In this document: piece by piece, positions 1 to 7,285 of the stretch
How positions within the stretch are numbered: the stretch's first letter is position 1
Layout of the letters: every line of letters starts with the position of its first letter
Source of the DNA: an uncultured virus (IMG/VR IMGVR_UViG_3300033417_000007)
Taxonomy: Duplodnaviria; Heunggongvirae; Uroviricota; Caudoviricetes
Direction: 5' to 3' (one strand)
DNA: 20,000 nt
Virus record (IMG/VR): IMGVR_UViG_3300033417_000007
Translations under genes and position numbers: made by a program
The notes under the pieces: model-generated
The model's input: only the letters and a program-made list of their open reading frames with translations
Told to the model about the DNA's origin: nothing
Databases searched by the model: none

Positions 1-277
1 GGAAGAGCGCGCGGAAGCCGCGCCGGATCTTCTCCTTGTTCTCGGACCCCTTCCACCCGTCGTCTCCATTCTCGTGAAGGGCGTTGATCACGCACTTCAT
101 CGCGTCGATCAGGTCGTCGACCCCGTCGGAGACGGGAGCGACGGGCGCTTCCTCGGGCGCCGGCTCCGGGATCTTCGTGATCGCCAGCACGTAGCCGTTC
201 TTGACCCGCGTCAGGTTGACCGCGAGGTCCGCGCTGAACGCCGGAGACCCGCCGGCCACGTAACCGAATTCCTGCAT
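1..277 (-). CDS. Hypothetical protein, 3' end beyond window edge (MQEFGYVAGG...VNLTRVKNGYVL...)
   Basis: ATG at 277 preceded by SD GGAGGT; frame open to the window edge; not in the ORF track. Confidence 0.75.
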   Translation of the reverse strand, partial: MQEFGYVAGGSPAFSADLAVNLTRVKNGYVLAITKIPEPAPEEAPVAPVSDGVDDLIDAMKCVINALHENGDDGWKGSENKEKIRRGFRALF

Positions 278-287
278 CGCCTACCTC

Positions 288-944
288 CTATCTTGAGTGC
301 TTCCTACGGATCTCCCTGACCGCCTGATCATACGATAAATTTCCGGCGGAAATCCCCTGATCCAGGTAGTACGCGTGATAGTAGACGCCCGGGACGTAGA
401 CCCCAGAAAGTCCGCGCCCGAGCATCGTGAGCCAGACGTCCCAATCGACCAGGCGCTTGAGACTCTCGTCGTACCCCGGGAAGGCGTCGCGCCTCATCGG
501 GCTCATGTTGGAGATGTAGTTCGACCGCTGCAGCACCCCCGCGTCGAAGGGGCGCGACCGCCTGAGCCGGACGGGGCCTCCAGGGTGCCGCGGAGCCTCG
601 GGATGCACGATCTCAAGCGCATCGCAGTAGGCGTAGGCCACCGACGGCGGAGAATCCATGAGCGCCGATAGCAGTAGCGGCACGAAGGCCTTTGACATCA
701 GGCAGTCGTCGTCCCAGAAGAGGAGGTACTTCCCGGTCGCCCTTGCTGCGCCGGCGTTCCGCTTGGCGGACGCTCCCCCTTCCCCCTCAACCAGGATCAA
801 CTCCTTCGCCCCGCAATCCCGAAGGAGAGGATGAACGAAGTTGTTGAAGAAGTCCGCGCGGACCTCCCTGTCCGATTGGTGAGCGACCACGATCGACAGG
901 TCGTAGTGCGCGCCCGGAACCTGGGTGACGTAGGGGTCAGCCAG
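288..944 (-). CDS. Glycosyltransferase family 2 (GT-A)
   Basis: DLSIVV first strand, GASAKRNAGA, YLLFWDDD (DxD), DESLKRLVDWDVWL. The track start (890) cuts the first strand, so a CTG start at 944 after SD GAGGTG is inferred. Confidence 0.88.
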   Translation of the reverse strand: MADPYVTQVPGAHYDLSIVVAHQSDREVRADFFNNFVHPLLRDCGAKELILVEGEGGASAKRNAGAARATGKYLLFWDDDCLMSKAFVPLLLSALMDSPPSVAYAYCDALEIVHPEAPRHPGGPVRLRRSRPFDAGVLQRSNYISNMSPMRRDAFPGYDESLKRLVDWDVWLTMLGRGLSGVYVPGVYYHAYYLDQGISAGNLSYDQAVREIRRKHSR

Positions 945-1233
945 AGGTCACCTCAGCGACATTTTGGTCTCGAGGCGCTGGATCGTCATCTCGGCCCCGT
1001 GCAACTCGAGCTTCAGCCGTTCTATTTCCAACTTCCTTTTGGACTCGTGGTACAGCGCCTCTGCCGCTCTCATTACGATCCCTTCTCGCTTGCCAAACCT
1101 CTTTCATTCGCCCGCTTATCTTGTCCCTGTAGGCTTGAGAGATCGGGCGATGGGTGCAAACACCTATAAATTTCCGGTCAGCGCACATCTTGCACGGCGG
1201 TCCTTCGTACTTCCCAACGGCACTTTGATTCAT
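937..1233 (-). CDS. Hypothetical protein with CxxC..CxH and a NUMOD3-like segment
   Basis: CKMC...CTH followed by SQAYRDKISGRMKEVW, resembling the NUMOD3 DNA-binding motif. Confidence 0.55.
   Translation of the reverse strand: MNQSAVGKYEGPPCKMCADRKFIGVCTHRPISQAYRDKISGRMKEVWQARRDRNESGRGAVPRVQKEVGNRTAEARVARGRDDDPAPRDQNVAEVTSG
948..1073 (-). CDS. Small coiled-coil hypothetical protein (41 aa, MRAAEALYHESKRKLEIERLKLELHG...)
   Basis: ATG at 1073 with purine-rich GAAGGGA upstream and a heptad-like pattern; lies inside the 3' half of 937..1233 in another frame. Confidence 0.5.
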   Translation of the reverse strand: MRAAEALYHESKRKLEIERLKLELHGAEMTIQRLETKMSLR

Positions 1234-1243
1234 CGTTTAGCTC

Positions 1244-1669
1244 TTACAGGTTAGGTTCGTTCCGCCTCATCGGACACCCTTCCGCGTGATCGTACCGATC
1301 CTTCAGGCGGATCGGAAAGCAGTAGCAGTTGTCGGCGGCGGGTATCTGCATAACTCCCTTGTCTGTGACCGTCACGGGGTTGTAGGTGTACAGGCCGCCC
1401 GATCCCAGTCGGATTCCGTCGGGCGGCGGGACGCTACCATCGGGAGCTAGGATTTGCGGGGCCTGGTCCCGCTTTTCGATGACGCCGATGGCGTCCGCCT
1501 TATCCAACAGCTTGCAAGCCGCGCACTTCCCGGAGCCCCCACAGTCGCAGGCTCGTCCTTGAAGCTGCTCGCAGATATCCTTAAGTTCGCAAACTTGAAG
1601 AAGCGCGGCGTCGAGACAGCCCCGGCAACAGAGGTCCGCTATGCCGTGCGTCTTGCAAATCGTGTGCAT
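1244..1669 (-). CDS. Cys-rich hypothetical protein
   Basis: ATG at 1669 just after the stop of the upstream gene; several Cys/His clusters (CKTH..CCRGC; CDC..CAAC; CYC..H..C). Confidence 0.7.
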   Translation of the reverse strand: MHTICKTHGIADLCCRGCLDAALLQVCELKDICEQLQGRACDCGGSGKCAACKLLDKADAIGVIEKRDQAPQILAPDGSVPPPDGIRLGSGGLYTYNPVTVTDKGVMQIPAADNCYCFPIRLKDRYDHAEGCPMRRNEPNL

Positions 1670-1679
1670 CGCTTGCCCC

Positions 1680-1967
1680 TTATTCCTCTTTTTCGGCGAC
1701 GACTCCCATAGCGGACTCCGCGATGCCGACCGCTTCCGTCCCGACGTGCTGTCGGACACCCGGGTAGTTCAGGAGGATGCGGATCGCCTTTCGCGCCTCG
1801 CTCAACTGAAGAAGTGCGGCATCCTTCTGGCGGTACGCCTCGTCGCGCTGCGCGATCAGCGCCTCCTTGTCCAGCTTGAGTTGAGCCACCTCGGCGCGGA
1901 GCTTGACGTTCTCTTTTCGAACTATGTCCGCAGCTTCAGCCAAGGATAGCTTTGTCGGATCTTTCAT
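1680..1967 (-). CDS. Coiled-coil hypothetical protein
   Basis: MKDPTKLS start; ENVKLRAEVAQLKLDKEALIAQRDEA heptads. Confidence 0.7.
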   Translation of the reverse strand: MKDPTKLSLAEAADIVRKENVKLRAEVAQLKLDKEALIAQRDEAYRQKDAALLQLSEARKAIRILLNYPGVRQHVGTEAVGIAESAMGVVAEKEE

Positions 1968-1980
1968 ATTCACCAACTTC

Positions 1981-2187
1981 TCAACTGCGCTTACGCACCA
2001 GCCAGTCATTCACCGTCACATGGGTACCCGAGCACTTTGGGCACTCGAAGTCGATCTCGTCGTGATAGTGCGCGTTGAAGTGCGCTGTCGTCCTGATCTC
2101 CCCGTGCGGGCAGAAGAGGACGAATTTTCCGGCCCCTTTGTCGAAGAGTCCAGCCTCGTGCCCGCAGGAGTGACAGAATGCGTACAT
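1981..2187 (-). CDS. Zinc-ribbon hypothetical protein
   Basis: CHSCG ... CPKCSG pairs; fills the gap between neighbours. Confidence 0.7.
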   Translation of the reverse strand: MYAFCHSCGHEAGLFDKGAGKFVLFCPHGEIRTTAHFNAHYHDEIDFECPKCSGTHVTVNDWLVRKRS

Positions 2188-2194
2188 GCTTTCT

Positions 2195-2758
2195 TTAGTC
2201 CGTCATCCATCTGAGGATCTTCTTCGTCATAGCAACCGGCCACGGCAGCCCGAAGTCCCGGCGCTTGATCTTGGCGAACCTCCCGTCCGGATGGTGGAAC
2301 ACGATGCCCTCGATAACCTCCGACGTCAGGTAGGCGCGGAGTCCCTCGAACGTGCGCGGGACCTCACCCTTCACGATCAGCGCGGGATCTGGGGGCACGA
2401 CCCGAACGAGAGTATGATTCGGGAAGCTCTCGGGGTTCCCCTGGATCTTCGGCCCCACGGCCTCGTAGATGCCGTCCAGCTTGGCCGGCAGCGCGTCGAA
2501 AGCCTCCCAGATGTACTTGTCGCCAGGATCTCCGCGCAGGGCCTCGGCGTAAGCCGCCTCGTCGTAGGGCTTGCCGTCCCTCGGCTTCTGGCGCTTGAAG
2601 AGCTTCCCACCCTCGAGCTTGACGTTCGTGCCGTCGAGCTTGCGGGTTGGGATTCCTTCGCCCGCTTCCACCCAGGCGCATTCCGGCTTCACGCCAGGCG
2701 TGACAGGATGGCCTCGCTGAGCTTCGTCACGCGGGTACATCGTGGGGATCTTTTCCAT
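2195..2758 (-). CDS. ATP-dependent RNA ligase-like nucleotidyltransferase (DUF5565 / RLIG1-like)
   Basis: Motif I TRKLDGTN, motif III YEAVGPKIQGNP, motif IV EGIVFHH, motif V KIKRRDFG; SD AAGGAAGG. Confidence 0.8.
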   Translation of the reverse strand: MEKIPTMYPRDEAQRGHPVTPGVKPECAWVEAGEGIPTRKLDGTNVKLEGGKLFKRQKPRDGKPYDEAAYAEALRGDPGDKYIWEAFDALPAKLDGIYEAVGPKIQGNPESFPNHTLVRVVPPDPALIVKGEVPRTFEGLRAYLTSEVIEGIVFHHPDGRFAKIKRRDFGLPWPVAMTKKILRWMTD

Positions 2759-2778
2759 AGCCTTCCTTTCGCACTAGA

Positions 2779-2964
2779 TCAAAACGACGACTCAAAACGA
2801 GTCACCCCATCTCCCTCAGAGGCGAAGTGACACAGCACCGCGTATCGCTCCATGGGCGACATGTGGTCGTAGTCCTCCTGCGGAATGTCTTGCCCTCTGG
2901 CGGCTGTCCTTGAGATTCCGCATCGGTCGATATACTTCACGCCGTCGTCGCTAAGGATCACCAT
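2779..2964 (-). CDS. Hypothetical protein (61 aa)
   Basis: ATG at 2964 with SD GGGAG; non-overlapping part of track ORF 2779..3135. Confidence 0.6.
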   Translation of the reverse strand: MVILSDDGVKYIDRCGISRTAARGQDIPQEDYDHMSPMERYAVLCHFASEGDGVTRFESSF

Positions 2965-2999
2965 GTGCTCTCCCACAAAAAGGTGACTACCTGGCCAAC

Positions 3000-3182
3000 C
3001 TAGGTGGAGCGTTGCTGTTGACGGTGCAGCATCCACCCGTAGGGCGTCCACAGACGTGGCAGGGAGGCCTCGCCCTGCACGCACTCGGGCACCTCCCCCT
3101 TCTTCGCGGGCTTCGGGACCCCTTTCGGAAGCCAACTTTCAGGGATCGGCCCGAGAGCTCCGCGGTACTCCGGCAACGTCAC
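3000..3182 (-). CDS. Hypothetical protein (60 aa)
   Basis: GTG overlapping the upstream TGA (GTGA), SD AAGGAGG. Confidence 0.55.
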   Translation of the reverse strand: MTLPEYRGALGPIPESWLPKGVPKPAKKGEVPECVQGEASLPRLWTPYGWMLHRQQQRST

Positions 3183-3403
3183 ACGCCCTCCTTGAGGGAA
3201 GCCGCCTTCTTCGCGGGCCCCCGGACCACCATCATGGGCCTGCGCTCGATCAGGACGCCCTGCACGACGCCTGGGCCGATCTTGGCGTTGAGCACCGTCG
3301 CCGCGCGCTTCTGGTCGACGAAGTGCTCGTTCCCGTTCTCGTCCTTGACGGTCACCCACTGCCCATCGGACCTCTCGATCCAAACCTCCCAGTTGGGCTT
3401 CAC
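3179..3403 (-). CDS. Hypothetical protein (74 aa, MKPNWEVWIERSDGQW...)
   Basis: GTGA coupling with the upstream gene; protein-like composition and GC-ending codons. Confidence 0.7.
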   Translation of the reverse strand: MKPNWEVWIERSDGQWVTVKDENGNEHFVDQKRAATVLNAKIGPGVVQGVLIERRPMMVVRGPAKKAASLKEGV

Positions 3404-3720
3404 TGGCCGCCGCGCCTCTTGATCGCGGGCGTGATGACCGGGCCGCGCGCCGCCGGCGTCTCGGGGAGATCCTCGTCGTCCACGAAGTCCGACGCATACG
3501 TCAGGCAGAACGGGTGGATGGAGACCTCGGCGGTCTTCACCCAGGCGAGCTTCGGCCTCGGCGCATCGGCCACCGAGACGTCCTCGTCGATGTCCGGGGT
3601 GGGCGCGAAGAGGATCTCGCTGCCGGCGTCCCGGAAGGCGAGCACCTCGCCGTGGACGACCACGCCGTCCACCTCCCTCGACCCAACCAGATTCCTGATG
3701 CACCACTGGATGTCGGCCAT
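3400..3720 (-). CDS. Hypothetical protein (106 aa)
   Basis: Strong SD AAGGAGG before ATG 3720; GC-ending codons. Confidence 0.75.
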   Translation of the reverse strand: MADIQWCIRNLVGSREVDGVVVHGEVLAFRDAGSEILFAPTPDIDEDVSVADAPRPKLAWVKTAEVSIHPFCLTYASDFVDDEDLPETPAARGPVITPAIKRRGGQ

Positions 3721-3786
3721 GAAAATCCTCCTTGCCTTCCTATAAGCGACACACTACTATTCATCCATGACGAGGGTCGGGAGATA

Positions 3787-3911
3787 GACCCAGGGCCCCT
3801 CGGGGCCCGAGCCTCTGTTTCCCCCTCTCTCCAGGGCCCGGTCCTTGTGACCGGGCTCCATTGCGCGGAGGCGGCGACCCCTCCGCGCAATCGAGCCTCG
3901 AGCCTTGGATC
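3787..3911. other. Structured intergenic element with three inverted repeats (candidate ncRNA, regulatory leader or recombination site)
   Basis: Perfect stems at 3860-3871/3880-3891 (12 bp, 8-nt spacer), 3836-3843/3849-3856 (8 bp) and 3793-3799/3802-3808, in the largest intergenic gap of the window. Confidence 0.6.
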
Positions 3912-3914
3912 CCA

Positions 3915-4571
3915 TCACTGCGACCCCACCACAAGCCCAAGCCTGCCACCCCGCAAGACCCGAAGCTCCTCGAAGTACAGGTCGTCGATCGCGTGGCCCC
4001 ATACGCCGTACCGGCGCCACTCGCTGTAGATCCGCCGGTACTCCTGGGCGATCATCCAGAGGACATACCCGAGCGGGGTCGCGCGGCCCTTGACGAGGGT
4101 CCCCTTCGGCGGCCTCCACGTCACGAGCGCCGGCCGGATCGACAGCTCGACGCCCATCGTCAGCGGGTAGGTGATCTGCACCCGGTATGTTCTCACCCCA
4201 AGATCGGAAGCGAGATCCCGGACGCCGCGGATCACCCCGTGGATGAGCCGGCTTGCGTGGCCGACCGAAAGCTCCCCCACCGTGTCGACGTGGTGGTTGA
4301 GCAGGATCGTGTCGCCGACCTTGGACACGGCGCCTCGACGTTCGGTCCCCGGAACGATGTGGTGGAAGCTCGACACCGAGATCTTCTCGAGCGTGCGCTT
4401 GTTCTCATGGTGCGCCATCACCGCCGTCACGAGCTCTCGGCGCTCGAGCCGGTTTTCCTTCGAGAGCTTGAACCGGATGTCCTGGCGCGAAACCCTCGTG
4501 TCCGTGTAGACGGGCGTCGTGCCCATGTTCTTTGGGCGCGGGCCCTTGGCGGGAGGCCAGTTCTCGAGCAT
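3915..4571 (-). CDS. Hypothetical protein with C-terminal YPL...Y..IY...YGVWGHAIDDL domain
   Basis: ATG overlaps the recombinase stop (TGATG). The C-terminal motif resembles an uncharacterised domain I recall from large viruses and bacteria (unverified). Confidence 0.7.
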   Translation of the reverse strand: MLENWPPAKGPRPKNMGTTPVYTDTRVSRQDIRFKLSKENRLERRELVTAVMAHHENKRTLEKISVSSFHHIVPGTERRGAVSKVGDTILLNHHVDTVGELSVGHASRLIHGVIRGVRDLASDLGVRTYRVQITYPLTMGVELSIRPALVTWRPPKGTLVKGRATPLGYVLWMIAQEYRRIYSEWRRYGVWGHAIDDLYFEELRVLRGGRLGLVVGSQ

Positions 4572-5350
4572 CAGATCTTCCCAAGGACGGTTTCGATCGC
4601 GTCGTGGTTCGTGTGGACGTATCGCTTGGCCATCTCGAGCGTCGCCCACCCGAGCTGCTGCCGGACGAACCCCCAGTCCCCGCCGGCGGCGATCAACTGG
4701 CTGGCTCTCGTGTGCCGCAGAAGGTGGACGAGCGATGCGCGGTTGGGCTTTACGACGTCGAGAATCTTTTCGAGCTTACGCTGGAGCGTCCGGCGCGCGA
4801 CCGGGAAGAGGAGGTCGTCGGGCCCCATCTTCTGGGCCCAGGTCTTCAGTTCCTCGGTGAAGTCGTCCTTGTTCGACAGATATACCCTGCGGACGGGCCT
4901 TCCGGCGCGCTTCAAGGTCGGGATCCGGATCGCCGAAAAGACCCCCTTCACGATCTCGAGGTTCGACCTGCGGACCAGAAGCGCCTCCTGCAGCCGGCAT
5001 CCCGTCCTGGCGATGAACCGGATCGTGATTCCTTCCGGATTGTCGAGCTTCCTGGACGCCTTCATCATCCGCGCAAACTCGTCGTCCGAAAGGACGTAGC
5101 GGGGGTCGATCGCGGAGTCCATCGAGGCCGCCGACGCCCCGCGCGCGTACTTCGACCGGCAGCACCCCTCCACGCACGGAACGCTCTTGTCGCGCCTGCC
5201 GGCGACCTTTACGATCTGGTGCTTACAGAGGTGCGACGGCAACGTGCAGACTCTCGCGCGACCCTTCCCCAGGCTGTACCTGGCAAGGAACTTCTTCCCG
5301 CAAACGTGGCAGGTCGACGGGATCCTGTAAAGAGGCCGCGACTTCTTCAT
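4571..5350 (-). CDS. Tyrosine recombinase/integrase catalytic domain with N-terminal zinc-finger-like region
   Basis: TGCR (R), PTLK (K), HLLRH (HxxR), LGW, MAKRY (Y nucleophile); N-terminal CHVCGKKF...RVC...H.C.H...C..GCC. Confidence 0.92.
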   Translation of the reverse strand: MKKSRPLYRIPSTCHVCGKKFLARYSLGKGRARVCTLPSHLCKHQIVKVAGRRDKSVPCVEGCCRSKYARGASAASMDSAIDPRYVLSDDEFARMMKASRKLDNPEGITIRFIARTGCRLQEALLVRRSNLEIVKGVFSAIRIPTLKRAGRPVRRVYLSNKDDFTEELKTWAQKMGPDDLLFPVARRTLQRKLEKILDVVKPNRASLVHLLRHTRASQLIAAGGDWGFVRQQLGWATLEMAKRYVHTNHDAIETVLGKI

Positions 5351-5662
5351 CTACCTCACCCGACCGAGCGCCCAGGCCCCTTCCCGCAGCAGCTTCGCCT
5401 TGGCCTCGAGGGCGCCGGCGTCCACCAACATCTTCCTTGCGACGCGCCGAAACACAGACGTCACGTCGAAACCCTTGGAGGAGCGCGTTTTTCCGTGCTT
5501 TCCGAGGTGATGTCGGACCGTGTTCGGATGCACCTTGAGGCGCTTCGCGATCGCCAGGTACGTCAACCGGGCCTTTCGGAGCGACTTGATCTTCCTGACC
5601 TTCAGCTTGCTCATCGCCATTCTCCTTATGTACTTTCCGACGAGGAAGGTGGGGCGTGGCAC
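5351..5662 (-). CDS. Helix-turn-helix DNA-binding protein
   Basis: KIKSLRKARLTYLAIAKRLKVHPNTVRHHL HTH pattern. Start is GTG 5662 (SD GAGGAG) or ATG 5620/5614 (SD AAGGAG). Confidence 0.8.
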   Translation of the reverse strand: MPRPTFLVGKYIRRMAMSKLKVRKIKSLRKARLTYLAIAKRLKVHPNTVRHHLGKHGKTRSSKGFDVTSVFRRVARKMLVDAGALEAKAKLLREGAWALGRVR

Positions 5663-5892
5663 TAGAACATCTCCTCGCGCCAGAACGTCTCCAGCCTCTC
5701 AACCCTACCTCTCAAATCGTCGGTCTCTCCCCGCAGCCTCACCTCGCGCCAGAACGCCTCCAACTCCTCAACCCTAGCCCTCAAATCACTGATCTCTCTC
5801 CACAGTCTCTTGTTCGATAGATAGAATCCAAACGCAACGCCACAGCCGAATACGAGTAGCACAACCCATCCCAGAGGCCCGTTCATCACCAT
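5662..5892 (-). CDS. Small membrane-anchored coiled-coil protein with a 23-aa internal duplication
   Basis: Hydrophobic LGWVVLLVFGCGVAFGFYL followed by DLRARVEELEAFWRE and DLRGRVERLETFWRE; SD GGGAG. Confidence 0.65.
   Translation of the reverse strand: MVMNGPLGWVVLLVFGCGVAFGFYLSNKRLWREISDLRARVEELEAFWREVRLRGETDDLRGRVERLETFWREEMF
5673..5787. repeat. Direct repeat with 69-nt period
   Basis: 5673-5718 and 5742-5787 match at 40 of 46 nt by manual comparison. Confidence 0.85.
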
Positions 5893-5912
5893 TCTCCCTG
5901 TCGACCTGGAGG

Positions 5913-5941
5913 ATACTACCTCAAGAGCGGCACGAAAGCAA
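5913..5941 (-). promoter_or_regulatory. Putative sigma70-type promoter
   Basis: TTGCTT (5941-5936), 17-nt spacer, TAGTAT (5918-5913) in an AT-enriched gap about 20 nt upstream of the ATG at 5892. Confidence 0.55.
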
Positions 5942-5988
5942 TACAAATGTGCCAATGGTCTTTTGGGCGTTCGGGCCAGACTGTCCCC

Positions 5989-6423
5989 CTAAGGCCCCTC
6001 CAGGCCGATCACCTGTGCGCCTTCGAACTTCGTCAGGATGATCGACAGCGCAGAAGCGGCCGACGCCCCGACCTTCGAGGCGACGGCTGCCGCGACGGGC
6101 GTCGTGGTTTGCCCCTTCGGGCCGACCGATACCCCGCTATCGGTCTTGACGGTGAGGCCGGTGGCCATGAACTCGGACGCCAGCATCACCCGGAACAGGC
6201 TATAGGGCCCCGTCGACGAGAAGTCGCGCTCGGCGTTCGCGACGTCCCCGTCAAGAAGCAGTTTCACCCACTGCCCACGCGCGATGCAGAACTTGTTGCG
6301 GACCGGACAAGCGCACTCCCCCTCGAGCGACCACCCCGCGCTACAGCGCAGGCCTTGGCGGTGAAGCACCCCCAGGATCTTTGCTCCCGCGAGCAGTCTC
6401 ACCCGTGCGTCCTGCATCTCCAT
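5989..6423 (-). CDS. Hypothetical protein (144 aa)
   Basis: SD AAGGAG; Cys cluster C..CAC..C; Ala-rich linker. Confidence 0.7.
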   Translation of the reverse strand: MEMQDARVRLLAGAKILGVLHRQGLRCSAGWSLEGECACPVRNKFCIARGQWVKLLLDGDVANAERDFSSTGPYSLFRVMLASEFMATGLTVKTDSGVSVGPKGQTTTPVAAAVASKVGASAASALSIILTKFEGAQVIGLEGP

Positions 6424-6574
6424 TCTCCTTCTTCACGACCACGCGCCACTTCGACGTCCCGTGCTTGCAGCGCACCCCGGATGGAGTGCGGTAAACGACC
6501 ACTTCCTTCTTGTCGTTGACTGCGGATCCGATCGGACCGCAGATTTCGCAGATGACGAGATGACGGCTCCCCAC
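6341..6574 (-). CDS. Small hypothetical protein with CxxC..CxH
   Basis: GTG directly after the upstream TAG; CEICG...RCKH. Confidence 0.55.
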   Translation of the reverse strand: MGSRHLVICEICGPIGSAVNDKKEVVVYRTPSGVRCKHGTSKWRVVVKKENGDAGRTGETARGSKDPGGASPPRPAL

Positions 6575-6991
6575 CTAAAGGACCATCCCCTGAACGACGA
6601 GGGGCTGGTTCTCGCCTGGGTACTGTCCCGACGGACACGCGTAGATCAGCCGATGACCGGGGTAGCTCTCGACTTCGGTCAGGCTGTAGCCCTGAGCCTG
6701 AAGCTGCTGCGTCTCGGCGAGCATCTGGTTTTCCTGGCCCGGGTAGACCGGGATCGTGCGGCACTGCGAAGTCGGATTCTGCCAACGGGGCGTGAGGCCC
6801 GGGTAGAGGTCGCGCTTGAGGCGCCTGGTCTGCTGGACCTTTCCGAGGCCGCTTCCTTGCGTCTGGAGGATCGTGAGGCCGGCCGCACGTCCAACGATCG
6901 CGCGCGCGACGTCGGAACGCCATCCCTCCCGGACGAGATCCCGGTGGAGGTCGAGGATCGCCTTGTACTGGCCGGCGCTCAGAGCCCTCAT
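6575..6991 (-). CDS. Hypothetical protein (138 aa, Gln-rich)
   Basis: ATG 6991 just after the upstream stop, with GGTG SD-like sequence; part of track ORF 6575..7183. Confidence 0.7.
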   Translation of the reverse strand: MRALSAGQYKAILDLHRDLVREGWRSDVARAIVGRAAGLTILQTQGSGLGKVQQTRRLKRDLYPGLTPRWQNPTSQCRTIPVYPGQENQMLAETQQLQAQGYSLTEVESYPGHRLIYACPSGQYPGENQPLVVQGMVL

Positions 6992-6995
6992 CGCA

Positions 6996-7280
6996 TCACC
7001 GCCCGTACCGACAGCCGTACCCACGACACTGATCTCCGCACACATGCCGCCTTCCGCGCCCCCGCACGGGCTCGACGGACGTGATGAGGGCATCGAACTG
7101 CTCGAAGGCCGGGAAGGACGTCTTGCACCGTGGGCAGACGACGGAGCCGTCTCCCATGAGAAGAGCCTCCTCCTGCTCCGCATGTTCTTCGTCGTGTTCG
7201 TCGCAGTGAGGGCAGATGAGGGGGCCGTAGGCCCTGGTGTCGATCTTCAGTTTCGCGACGGGCGTGTCGGCATCCGGCAT
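6996..7280 (-). CDS. Zinc-ribbon hypothetical protein
   Basis: CPHC ... CPRC; SD GAGGT. Confidence 0.7.
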   Translation of the reverse strand: MPDADTPVAKLKIDTRAYGPLICPHCDEHDEEHAEQEEALLMGDGSVVCPRCKTSFPAFEQFDALITSVEPVRGRGRRHVCGDQCRGYGCRYGR

Positions 7281-7285
7281 CGCAT

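Noticed and set aside
2976..2991. AGGT-AGTC-ACCT-TTTT as a rho-independent terminator
   Set aside because: The 4-bp stem is too weak to support a call.
3787..3911. tRNA-Sec, glycine or cobalamin riboswitch, or intrinsic terminator in the structured gap
   Set aside because: No T-loop or UCA anticodon arm; only a CUGGAGAGA fragment without the other riboswitch consensus blocks; no U-tract after the stems on the coding strand.
3860..3917. Second SECIS-like arrangement (hairpin loop 35 nt after the TGA at 3915)
   Set aside because: No Cys/redox context, the domain looks complete at ..GSQ, and the readthrough sequence is not protein-like. It also shows that such hairpins arise easily in GC-rich DNA, so the hairpin alone is weak evidence at 18442.
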